64,000 bases of DNA from Trypanosoma brucei (taxonomy: Eukaryota): positions 1,408,001 to 1,472,000 of the forward strand of contig CP000070.1 of NCBI GenBank assembly GCA_000002445.1, read 5' to 3'. The position numbers and the translations under genes are program-made. The notes under the pieces were generated by a model. The model did no database searches, was not told the DNA's origin, and saw only the letters and a program-made list of their open reading frames with translations. Within the stretch, counting starts at the first letter, position 1; the number at the start of each line of letters is the position of its first letter. Of this stretch, positions 42,534 through 51,901 are shown piece by piece.

Positions 42534-44195
42534 ATGTATACAACAACAGACCTCATACAGACGCGGGTCGCTCCAGCACACTTGTTTGTTATTGTCTACT
42601 TTCTACAGTGGTTGTTTGTGGCGAGTACCGCATCTGGCGAGAGTGTTCATGCGATCTTCAAAATATCGAAATCTGGAGATGCACCCTTCTTCAAACAAGC
42701 TGAGAGGCACTGCGAGCGCGCTAAAATGCGTCTTGCGACGCCGACGACGGCAAAGGGGGCGACTGCTGTGAAGAAGTTGCTGAAACGCTGCGGTCCATCT
42801 GATGTACCCGTACTTGGCGGTGGCCTAAGCGTGCGATGCAGCAGTAACTCTTTTTTCTTCTTGTGGTCACCGAAACTGGATGAACCCAAGTACCCTGTTG
42901 AGGACACAGCACCATACTGCGGGGAACGCGATCCGCGAGGGTGGGGGACCAAGTGTGTGACAAGGAACAGGAGTGCGGGGAGGTTATTTTACCAATTTCA
43001 TACATCTGAGGGCGAGAAAGGGAACTGTACCGGACCTGTGACAATGGACTATGACCCGGCGATTCTCTATGAATTGGAGGTCCCTAGTGCTGGTGAGGAG
43101 GGTCTCCTCGCATGGGTTGTCTCGCGTGGTGGCAAGAACGGAAGCACTGCTGCGCTTAGGAGCCTTCGATCAGACTTGGAGGACACATCCCGCGCATACA
43201 TTGGAGATTCGAGCAAAATGATCGAGTACGTCCTGTGTGAGGGTGGAAGGTCCTCCGTCGTGTCTTCCACATCATGCTATTCCGTTTCTTATGCTTCTGT
43301 GCCAAATGTTGGCGGTTCAAGTCGAACGGGTGTTCATTGGTTGGTGATTGTCTTCCTCTCCTTCATCGGATTGATTGTGTTATGTGTAGTAACCCTGTCT
43401 ATTGTCGGTGGAGTTACGAAAAAAGTAACCGCAGGGAATGTTGATCGGGGAGACAACACTGGTAGTGGACGGCGACGAACCTCTTTGTCTCACAGCAGCT
43501 GGCATGTAATGAGCCAACCAGGAGGCAGCAGCGGGATTCAATATTCTCGTCGTGGTAGCCAGCCGGGTAACATCCTTTCTCCGCTTCAAGATGCTGCGAG
43601 CATTAACATGCAACGCTATGAAAGCGATGGGGTAGCCGCTGTACCTCGGCAAGGAAGCTTTAACGGCAGAAACACACAACAGCGAAGTAGTTTACCAACA
43701 AACGTAAATCAAGCGCAACAAAATTACAACACAAACAGAGTTACGTCACAAGTAAGCAATTATAGCGCAAGCTTACATCGTCTCGGGAGCTTCCGTGGCC
43801 CCATCATCCATCGTCAAGGAAGCTTCAACAACATTACCTCCGTACCAGCAGGGAATACCTATACTGGGGGTTTATCGCGTCCTGGGAGCTTCCGTGGCTC
43901 AAGCCCCAACCATCAAGGAAGTTTTAACCGTAGTGATATATTTCGCGATCCTAGTCTCTATGGTGAATCTCCTCCTCACGGTGATCCACGCTTGGGTTTA
44001 AACCCTCTTCGGGACATTGGCTACGACAGGGGAAATGCCCCAGAGCAGGTGAGCCTTTCTTCGGTCGGTATGGCCCAACAGGGCAACTTTGCAAACGTTG
44101 GTGCACGTGGCGGGAGCTTCCGAGGAATAAACCGCAACCAACAAGGAAGTTTCCGCAACTCGAACCCGCCGTCTGGTGGTTTGTTTAACACGTAG
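42534..44195 (+). CDS. predicted type I membrane protein (signal peptide, ectodomain, single TM, GSF-motif cytoplasmic tail), 553 aa; paralog A1 of the duplicated cassette
   Basis: ATG start. N-terminal signal-peptide-like h-region HLFVIVYFLQWLFVASTASG. Single TM VHWLVIVFLSFIGLIVLCVVTLSIVGGV. The tail carries reiterated (R/Q)GSF(R/N) motifs (RQGSFNGR, LGSFRGP, RQGSFNNI, RPGSFRGS, HQGSFNRS, GGSFRGI, QQGSFRNS). The first about 250 aa and last about 105 aa are near-identical to 49113..50735. Confidence 0.6.
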   Translation: MYTTTDLIQTRVAPAHLFVIVYFLQWLFVASTASGESVHAIFKISKSGDAPFFKQAERHCERAKMRLATPTTAKGATAVKKLLKRCGPSDVPVLGGGLSVRCSSNSFFFLWSPKLDEPKYPVEDTAPYCGERDPRGWGTKCVTRNRSAGRLFYQFHTSEGEKGNCTGPVTMDYDPAILYELEVPSAGEEGLLAWVVSRGGKNGSTAALRSLRSDLEDTSRAYIGDSSKMIEYVLCEGGRSSVVSSTSCYSVSYASVPNVGGSSRTGVHWLVIVFLSFIGLIVLCVVTLSIVGGVTKKVTAGNVDRGDNTGSGRRRTSLSHSSWHVMSQPGGSSGIQYSRRGSQPGNILSPLQDAASINMQRYESDGVAAVPRQGSFNGRNTQQRSSLPTNVNQAQQNYNTNRVTSQVSNYSASLHRLGSFRGPIIHRQGSFNNITSVPAGNTYTGGLSRPGSFRGSSPNHQGSFNRSDIFRDPSLYGESPPHGDPRLGLNPLRDIGYDRGNAPEQVSLSSVGMAQQGNFANVGARGGSFRGINRNQQGSFRNSNPPSGGLFNT

Positions 44196-45365
44196 GGAGT
44201 TCGCGCCATCTTTTGGCTTCACCCAATGGGAGTAGTTTGGTGTTGCTTGCTGACGTGCCTTTGACCAATGCGGAGATGAGTACATCCGCATATCGAACCA
44301 ATTAGTTACTACAGCGTCTGTGTTAGGTCATTGCCTTACATCCTTCGCTACTTCACTGTATCATCGGATTGAGTATTTTACCACTGTTACTCCCCTCTAC
44401 ATATATTCGCGTTTATACCCTTACCCTACGGTTTTGTCAAATATATATATATATACATGTGTGTGCGTGTGAAGTTTCCCCCACTTTGTTTTGAGTGCAT
44501 TCGCTACGACATGCGTGACAGTGACGCTATTTGGACCACTTCGTTGCGTACGTATCGTAGGCTGCACAGCGAGCACCTTCGCATCGCCTCATTGTTTACG
44601 ATGTGGTCACGCTCCACCCTCTCTTTTTCACTGCGACATGGTTGAACTATGAGTTTGGAGTTGACCCTCCATAGTACTGTCGTGTATTTCGTGTTATTCT
44701 TTTTTTTTTCTCTGTTGTCTCCGCTTGTGCCTTGCTTATGCTTCTATTTTCTTTGTGCCTTCTATTTCCCCGTTTCCGTCAGTGGCTCTACAGTCTGAGT
44801 GAGTGCGGTGGTGAAATGCGGTGTATTGCGCAATGCGCGTGTCAACTGCTTCCTTTCCTTTTGTTTGATATTATTTCCCTCATCATTTTCTTTTCAGACG
44901 TTTTATTATTTTCTGTTATTATTATTATTATTTATTTTTTATTCTTTGCTCATTCATTACCGAGGGTACCGTAATAGATATGATGTGGTATTGGCTTACT
45001 GCTACACCTTTTCTTACTATCCCGCAACCTTGTTCTAGTCCTTTGGAGGGGGTAAGTCACTCCAGAGATTACGATGGGATAAAATGAGTCGGCCGATTGT
45101 TTATATGTTACTCGGGGTGCGCAATGCTGAACGTTTTGTTGTGTGTACAGAGGATTCTTTGCCTTCTTTACTCTTTACCATGTTCTTTCAATTATTTTCT
45201 TACTTCTCCCATAATAGTAAGGTGTGATTATACTCAAGTGGATATCCGTGTGTGACGTGTGCTGGTGCCAATAGGCGTGCTAAACACACGAGTCTCCCTC
45301 TTCAGTGATAAACTCGATTTAACATTTATTTGTAATTCTTACCACTGACCATTCATCTTCATGCG

Positions 45366-48086
45366 ATGTCTGCCTCTCGATCTCCCTCTGGCAGTGGGAG
45401 TTTGTATCCCGCTGGCACCATGTCAACGGGATGTTCCCTGCCTTCATTGACGTGTCCCCCGAAACTTGGTGTGGGCAAGGTTGAGGGCAGTAGCGACACT
45501 GTTTCCATGGAGCGCTCGCAAGCTGGCAGCCAGTGGGCCGGCGGGACACATGCTGAAGAAGTGTGGGCATGCAAAAATGCTGCTTACACCAGGGCAATGA
45601 AATATTCCAAAGGATTGGTTGCGGACGTGGTGGATAGTTCGGTAGAATTCCTGCCACGCCGTCTCATGAGGAGTTCTGTGAACCACAGTATAAAGGACAG
45701 GAAATCGTCTTTCAGTGTCATGGCTGATGTTGGGCGCGACACGCAACAGCAATCTTTGGCTGCCACAAGCTGCAAAGGTACTTCATCCACTCCCATGAGT
45801 GAAGCCACATTCCCATTCCTTGACGGTGGGAAGGTACAACCAACGGATCCAGGGCACCTAAAAGCTGGAATTACGTACGATCCGCAGTCGTATGGATCGC
45901 TTTTACCCACGACGCTGAAGGTACGATCCGTTGAGGAAGCTGTGAGTGGCCCTCTAATGGGGGTTGCGGCTAACGAAATGTTTGCAAACCGAGATGCTAA
46001 ACAGATGTTGAGGGGTATTCTCCAGCCGGTACAGAAGACTTCGCAATTTTCACAGTACTTTGATCGACAACAGTTTGAGGGTAAAATGAGGCAGTTGGAG
46101 GAAAGCGCGCGACACTTCAGCAAATGTCTTGCTCAGCGTGTGTCTTCCAGTACCGGTGGTGGTGGTGTGATGATTGTCGTAAACGATTCTGATGATGGGA
46201 GCTCCGACGACGGTGGTTTGATGGGTGACGGTGTGAGACGCAGAGCTCGAAAGCCCGCCAAAATGGTAGACGAAGCGCGAGTAGCTGGCGACGCTGAATC
46301 TAATGCCCGGAAACAGCGACTTAACGCACTTCGTTGCACTCCACAGAATCTTTGTAGCTCGGTGGCGTTGCGTGATGCGTTGAAGAAAAGCAGGATTACG
46401 GTGAAGAAAGCACGATGCAGTGCTGTTAATGTAGCAAGACACAGCTCTGATCTACTGGAGCTTCTGCGGAGGAGAGGATCGAGGAGCACTGGTCCCCAGG
46501 AAGCGATGGTTGTTTTGCCCAACGAAGAGGTTTCATGGGACACGGGATCTGTTTCACCGAATAAGTGTACCCAAGCCTCATTTGCGTCGATACCGGATTC
46601 TGCATGTGGTAATGAGGGTCACCGCACCAAGGTTGTTACAGACCAGCGCGCTGTAACAATGCTGGAGTCGTTTTTGCGCAGCGGCAAGGGATTGACGACT
46701 CATGGTATTTTACCTGCAACACTGTATGGCAATCACTGTGGCCCCAATGGCGGCCAGTTGATCCCTGCACCAGAATCTTCGCGGTTACCATCAATGCTAG
46801 ATACTGCTTTCAGTGATGTTTTCTCCACTGGTGCATTATCACCAAGTGGGCAGCAGCTAGCGGCATCAGCAGAGTGCTTGCAACAGCAGAGGAAAAGTGT
46901 CCACCGTACGAAACCAGCCCGCCGTGTGATTCCTGTTGGTTACGGGATGAGTGCTCGTGCCCGTCAAAACTACGAGGCGATGGTGGAGAACTGGGAGGTG
47001 AGTGAGATCGAGCAAGAGCTTCGGAACGGGGAAGCATTATGCCACGCCCGCCGTCGGCTGCTGAAGCTCGTGTCTGAGCGCAAACGGTTGTTAAACGCGT
47101 CGCTCGCGCACTTCCACCATAACCCGCAGCAAGCCGTGTCGCTGCAGCGGCGTGAGATATTCCGGATGGTTGTCGAGGTTGATGCCGAGGACCGTAAGCA
47201 GGCGTGTTTTTCATTTGTTGATTTGCTTGAACAGTGCTGCCGGAACACTCTGGATGATGCCGCATGGTCTGTTGTTTCCGGCGCCTTGAAGTCTAGCCGC
47301 GATCTTATCCAACTCTCTCCACTACGGTGCAACCCGCAGAATTTCATTTCCATTCTGAACGACTGTCTGTCATTGCAGCATATCCGGGATCAGCGCGTTC
47401 AAGATGCTCTACAGTGGTTAGCAAAACTCTTTGGTGTATCGCAAGGGCAATTCAAGTCTGCACTACAATCATTGCACCACAACCTCAACAAGCCACGCGA
47501 TTACGAGGCACGGTTCCATGAAATTGACAGCCGCGTGTGTGGGATAGCAGCGTCCACTGAGAGACGTGTTCGTATTAAACTGCGCCGTTGCAACTTTCAG
47601 CTTCCCCGTCCTGTGGGTGCTGGCAACCAAATGAACCCCCTTGTCACCAGCAATGGTGATGGCGCTGTGGGCTGTGTGTTGGGTCCCAACACCTGTGTTG
47701 ATCGTCCTGAAGTATCGCTCGTTTTTCAGCTGGGAAATGAAACTGCCGTCTCCTCAACACTCAGCGCTCATCGTAGCGGTACCGGAGGGAGTGGTGATGT
47801 GGTGTGTGAGATGGTTGATGACGCCCCGTGCTATGTGGTTGACTTCAATGACGAAATTGTGCAGCTGAAGACTGTGGACACCAGTGTGGTACGCGTCTCT
47901 CTTTACTGCAACGGCAACGTTCTTTGCAGTGGCTTCTTGCACCTGTCCAAGTGTACTTTCCACAGTAATCGTACCTTATCTGTCATTCTTCGTCTCGACA
48001 ACAAAAGAATATTTGTGGCTGATCTGAGGATCAATGTGGAGCTTGTGTATGGAAGGGACCGCCGGGGGCGGGGTGGGAGAAGGTAG
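45366..48086 (+). CDS. hypothetical Ser-rich soluble protein, 906 aa; paralog B1 of the duplicated cassette
   Basis: ATG start, 2721 nt ORF. Differs from 51902..54622 in only 4 residues (P/S, N/S, T/P, Y/S). An acidic DSDDGSSDDGG segment is present. No recognisable domain. Confidence 0.6.
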   Translation: MSASRSPSGSGSLYPAGTMSTGCSLPSLTCPPKLGVGKVEGSSDTVSMERSQAGSQWAGGTHAEEVWACKNAAYTRAMKYSKGLVADVVDSSVEFLPRRLMRSSVNHSIKDRKSSFSVMADVGRDTQQQSLAATSCKGTSSTPMSEATFPFLDGGKVQPTDPGHLKAGITYDPQSYGSLLPTTLKVRSVEEAVSGPLMGVAANEMFANRDAKQMLRGILQPVQKTSQFSQYFDRQQFEGKMRQLEESARHFSKCLAQRVSSSTGGGGVMIVVNDSDDGSSDDGGLMGDGVRRRARKPAKMVDEARVAGDAESNARKQRLNALRCTPQNLCSSVALRDALKKSRITVKKARCSAVNVARHSSDLLELLRRRGSRSTGPQEAMVVLPNEEVSWDTGSVSPNKCTQASFASIPDSACGNEGHRTKVVTDQRAVTMLESFLRSGKGLTTHGILPATLYGNHCGPNGGQLIPAPESSRLPSMLDTAFSDVFSTGALSPSGQQLAASAECLQQQRKSVHRTKPARRVIPVGYGMSARARQNYEAMVENWEVSEIEQELRNGEALCHARRRLLKLVSERKRLLNASLAHFHHNPQQAVSLQRREIFRMVVEVDAEDRKQACFSFVDLLEQCCRNTLDDAAWSVVSGALKSSRDLIQLSPLRCNPQNFISILNDCLSLQHIRDQRVQDALQWLAKLFGVSQGQFKSALQSLHHNLNKPRDYEARFHEIDSRVCGIAASTERRVRIKLRRCNFQLPRPVGAGNQMNPLVTSNGDGAVGCVLGPNTCVDRPEVSLVFQLGNETAVSSTLSAHRSGTGGSGDVVCEMVDDAPCYVVDFNDEIVQLKTVDTSVVRVSLYCNGNVLCSGFLHLSKCTFHSNRTLSVILRLDNKRIFVADLRINVELVYGRDRRGRGGRR

Positions 48087-49112
48087 GAACGGCTCGTGAG
48101 TCTGTGTGGCCTTTGCTCACATAAATGGTCACGGGATTAACGTTCGAATGTATGTGTATCTTTGTGCATATGTGCACTGTGCGTTTGCTGTAACATGAAA
48201 CTGTCCTGGATATGATAATGTTTCTTCACGCTTGTGTTTTATTGGTTTGCGTAAACGGGAACCGTCACATGAGCAATGTTAGCCTTTCTTTTTTTCCTTT
48301 ACTTGCTGTACATGTTATGGATGAGAGCCTTGTTTGTTCTGCTCTTTATCCTTCCCTCTCTCATACACACACTTTCACCGTTTCTTTTCCATTATTTTAT
48401 AACTGATTGATGGTCATTAGAGGTCGAGTGTGCTTCACTGCTGGGGTAGCGGTAAGGGGCGCGCAAAAACCCACACGTTTGTGTGGTGTCATTGAGGCTG
48501 GTAATGGAAGGTCGTTTACTCTCCAGTATTTTTCGGAATTACGATTTGTATTTTTATCATAGTGAGTAATTTGTTTTTTTCTAGACTTCATGCACACCTT
48601 TTAGATTTTCTGTTGCTGTTTTAAAGAACGATGTATTATTTTTGTCGTTTTGTTACTGCTGCTCCCATTTTTTATCTATTCGTCCCTTATTATGGTGTGA
48701 GCTCTTTTAACTTTACTGCCGTTATGGCACTGTGGCTGAGGCAATCTTTTAAAACTTTAGATTAATTTTTTTTTAAAATCACTTTTATGGTTTTTTGTCG
48801 TTTTTTTTTCCAACTGAACTACCTGTACTACCGTTGCATTTTTTTTTATGAAGTTGGGGTGTTCTCTGCCTTTTTTGTGGAGATGCAGCCATACTTTGTT
48901 ACCACTAACGAGTGTGGTAGCTATCTTTTTCGGCTACAGTCGTCACGGATAAGGATGCCTTGCGTGCATTGTGCCGCCATCCCTCCATGTATGTCTTCTT
49001 GATGATACTCGTTTACTTCTTTCTTTGACCTTTCCCACTGTTTATTTTTGCTGACGTGTACGAAAGAGGCACTGTGACACTCCAGTTGCAATTAAGTAAT
49101 AACACCTGAGGT

Positions 49113-50735
49113 ATGTATACAACAACAGACCTCATACAGACGCGGGTCGCTCCAGCACACTTGTTTGTTATTGTCTACTTTCTACAGTGGTTGTTTGTGG
49201 CGAGTACCGCATCTGGCGAGAGTGTTCATGCGATCTTCAAAATATCGAAATCTGGAGATGCACCCTTCTTCAAACAAGCTGAGAGGCACTGCGAGCGCGC
49301 TAAAATGCGTCTTGCGACGCCGACGACGGCAAAGGGGGCGACTGCTGTGAAGAAGTTGCTGAAACGCTGCGGTCCATCTGATGTACCCGTACTTGGCGGT
49401 GGCCTAAGCGTGCGATGCAGCAGTAACTCTTTTTTCTTCTTGTGGTCACCGAAACTGGATGAACCCAAGTACCCTGTTGAGGACACAGCACCATACTGCG
49501 GGGAACGCGATCCGCGAGGGTGGGGGACCAAGTGTGTGACAAGGAACAGGAGTGCGGGGAGGTTATTTTACCAATTTCATACATCTGAGGGCGAGAAAGG
49601 GAACTGTACCGGACCTGTGACAATGGACTATGACCCGGCGATTCTCTATGAATTGGAGGTCCCTAGTGCTGGTGAGGAGGGTCTCCTCGCATGGGTTGTC
49701 TCGCGTGGTGGCAAGAACGGAAGCACTGCTGCGCTTAGGAGCCTTCGATCAGACTTGGAGGACACATCCCGCGCATACATTGGAGATTCGAGCAAAATGA
49801 TCGAGTACGTCCTGTGTGAGGGTGGAAGGTCCTCCGTCGTGTCTTCCACATCATGCTATTCCGTTCCTTTTATCCTATCAGTTGCAAGTAGCGATGACAA
49901 GTCGCATTTTGATCATCGGCACAACGTCACTATTGGTATATTGGTTTTAATTGTTTTAATTTTAATTATTGTAGCCGCTTTCTTAATTTTGTGGCTCCTT
50001 TCACGGAACCGTCCGGCAGGTGATGTTGAGGAAAACCGGCGCAACGGATCAGATGTACAGAGAACTGTCGTTGAGTCGGTTGGTGATTTAGGTGGAACTG
50101 TTAGATCCGAAAGCTACTCGGGGCGAGGTAGCAAGTCGGGTGACAATCTTTGTCGTCCGGAAAATGTAAACGGTAATTGTCCCCAGGTGAATAATGGATT
50201 CTGTGTTAACGGATCCCCCCAACAAGAAAATTTGCAAATGAATGCCCCTGGACAACAACCAAATTTTAACTACCACAGCACAACACCCGAAATACAAACA
50301 TACAGTGGCGAAATGGAACTACGGACTAACTTTGGTGGTCCTATCTTGTACCGCCAAGGAAGCTTCAGACAAAATATAACCTCCGACGTCAATCCAACAC
50401 CGCTAAGCGCCACACAGCGTCCTGGGAGCTTCCGTGGCTCAAGCCCCAACCATCAGGGTTGTTTCAACCGTAGTGATGTATTTCGTGAGCCTAGTCTCTA
50501 TGGTGAATCTCCTCCTCACGGTGATCCACGCTTGGGTTTAAACCATCCTCGGGACATTGGCTACGACAGGGGAAATGCCCCGGAGCAGGTGAGCCTTTCT
50601 TCGGTCGGTATGGCCCAACAGGGCAACTTTGCAAACGTTGGTGCACGTGGCGGGAACTTCCGAGGAATAAACCGCAACCAACAAGGAAGTTTCCGCAACT
50701 CGAACCCGCCGTCTGGTGGTTTGTTTAACACGTAG
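49113..50735 (+). CDS. predicted type I membrane protein, 540 aa; paralog A2 (mosaic relative of 42534..44195)
   Basis: Identical signal peptide and ectodomain through ...SSTSCYSV, then a different module (49865-50417) with its own TM TIGILVLIVLILIIVAAFLILWLL. The tail reconverges at RPGSFRGSSPNHQG(C)FNRSD..GGNFRGINRNQQGSFRNSNPPSGGLFNT. Confidence 0.6.
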   Translation: MYTTTDLIQTRVAPAHLFVIVYFLQWLFVASTASGESVHAIFKISKSGDAPFFKQAERHCERAKMRLATPTTAKGATAVKKLLKRCGPSDVPVLGGGLSVRCSSNSFFFLWSPKLDEPKYPVEDTAPYCGERDPRGWGTKCVTRNRSAGRLFYQFHTSEGEKGNCTGPVTMDYDPAILYELEVPSAGEEGLLAWVVSRGGKNGSTAALRSLRSDLEDTSRAYIGDSSKMIEYVLCEGGRSSVVSSTSCYSVPFILSVASSDDKSHFDHRHNVTIGILVLIVLILIIVAAFLILWLLSRNRPAGDVEENRRNGSDVQRTVVESVGDLGGTVRSESYSGRGSKSGDNLCRPENVNGNCPQVNNGFCVNGSPQQENLQMNAPGQQPNFNYHSTTPEIQTYSGEMELRTNFGGPILYRQGSFRQNITSDVNPTPLSATQRPGSFRGSSPNHQGCFNRSDVFREPSLYGESPPHGDPRLGLNHPRDIGYDRGNAPEQVSLSSVGMAQQGNFANVGARGGNFRGINRNQQGSFRNSNPPSGGLFNT

Positions 50736-51901
50736 GGAGTTCGCGCCATCTTTTGGCTTCACCCAATGGGAGTAGTTTGGTGTTGCTTGCTGACGTGCCT
50801 TTGACCAATGCGGAGATGAGTACATCCGCATATCGAACCAATTAGTTACTACAGCGTCTGTGTTAGGTCATTGCCTTACATCCTTCGCTACTTCACTGTA
50901 TCATCGGATTGAGTATTTTACCACTGTTACCCCCCTCTACATATATTCGCGTTTATACCCTTACCCTACGGTTTTGTCAAATATATATACATACATATGT
51001 GTGCGTGTGAAGTTTCCCCCACTTTGTTTTGAGTGCATTCGCTACGACATGCGTGACAGTGGCGCTATTTGGACCACTTCGTTGCGTACGTATCGTAGGC
51101 TGCACAGCGAGCACCTTCGCATCGCCTCATTGTTTACGATGTGGTCACGCTCCACCCTCTCTTTTTCACTGCGACATGGTTGAACTATGAGTTTGGAGTT
51201 GACCCTCCATAGTACTGTCGTGTATTTCGTGTTATTCGTTTTTTTTTCTGTTGTCTCCGCTTGTGCCTTGCTTATGCTTCTATTTTCTTTGTGCCTTCTA
51301 TTTCCCCGTTTCCGTCAGTGGCTCTACAGTCTGAGTGAGTGCGGTGGTGAAATGCGGTGTATTGCGCAATGCGCGTGTCAACTGCTTCCTTTCCTTTTGT
51401 TTGATATTATTTCCCTCATCATTTTCTTTTCAGACGTTTTATTATTTTCTGTTATTATTATTATTATTTATTTTTTATTCTTTGCTCATTCATTACCGAG
51501 GGTACCGTAATAGATATGATGTGGTATTGGCTTACTGCTACACCTTTTCTTACTATCCCGCAACCTTGTTCTAGTCCTTTGGAGGGGGTAAGTCACTCCA
51601 GAGATTACGATGGGATAAAATGAGTCGGCCGATTGTTTATATGTTACTCGGGGTGCGCAATGCTGAACGTTTTGTTGTGTGTACAGAGGATTCTTTGCCT
51701 TCTTTACTCTTTACCATGTTCTTTCAATTATTTTCTTACTTCTCCCATAATAGTAAGGTGTGATTATACTCAAGTGGATATCCGTGTGTGACGTGTGCTG
51801 GTGCCAATAGGCGTGCTAAACACACGAGTCTCCCTCTTCAGTGATAAACTCGATTTAACATTTATTTGTAATTCTTACCACTGACCATTCATCTTCATGC
51901 G

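Larger units (their letters stand above)
42218..48535 (+). repeat. segmental tandem duplication, copy 1 (two-gene cassette: membrane protein A1 + protein B1)
   Basis: Colinear near-identity with 48793-55070. Homology begins at tggttttttgtcgttttttttt ccaact and ends after ...ggaaggtcgtttactctccagtatttttc. The copies are offset by 6579 nt upstream and 6536 nt downstream of the mosaic segment. Confidence 0.85.
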
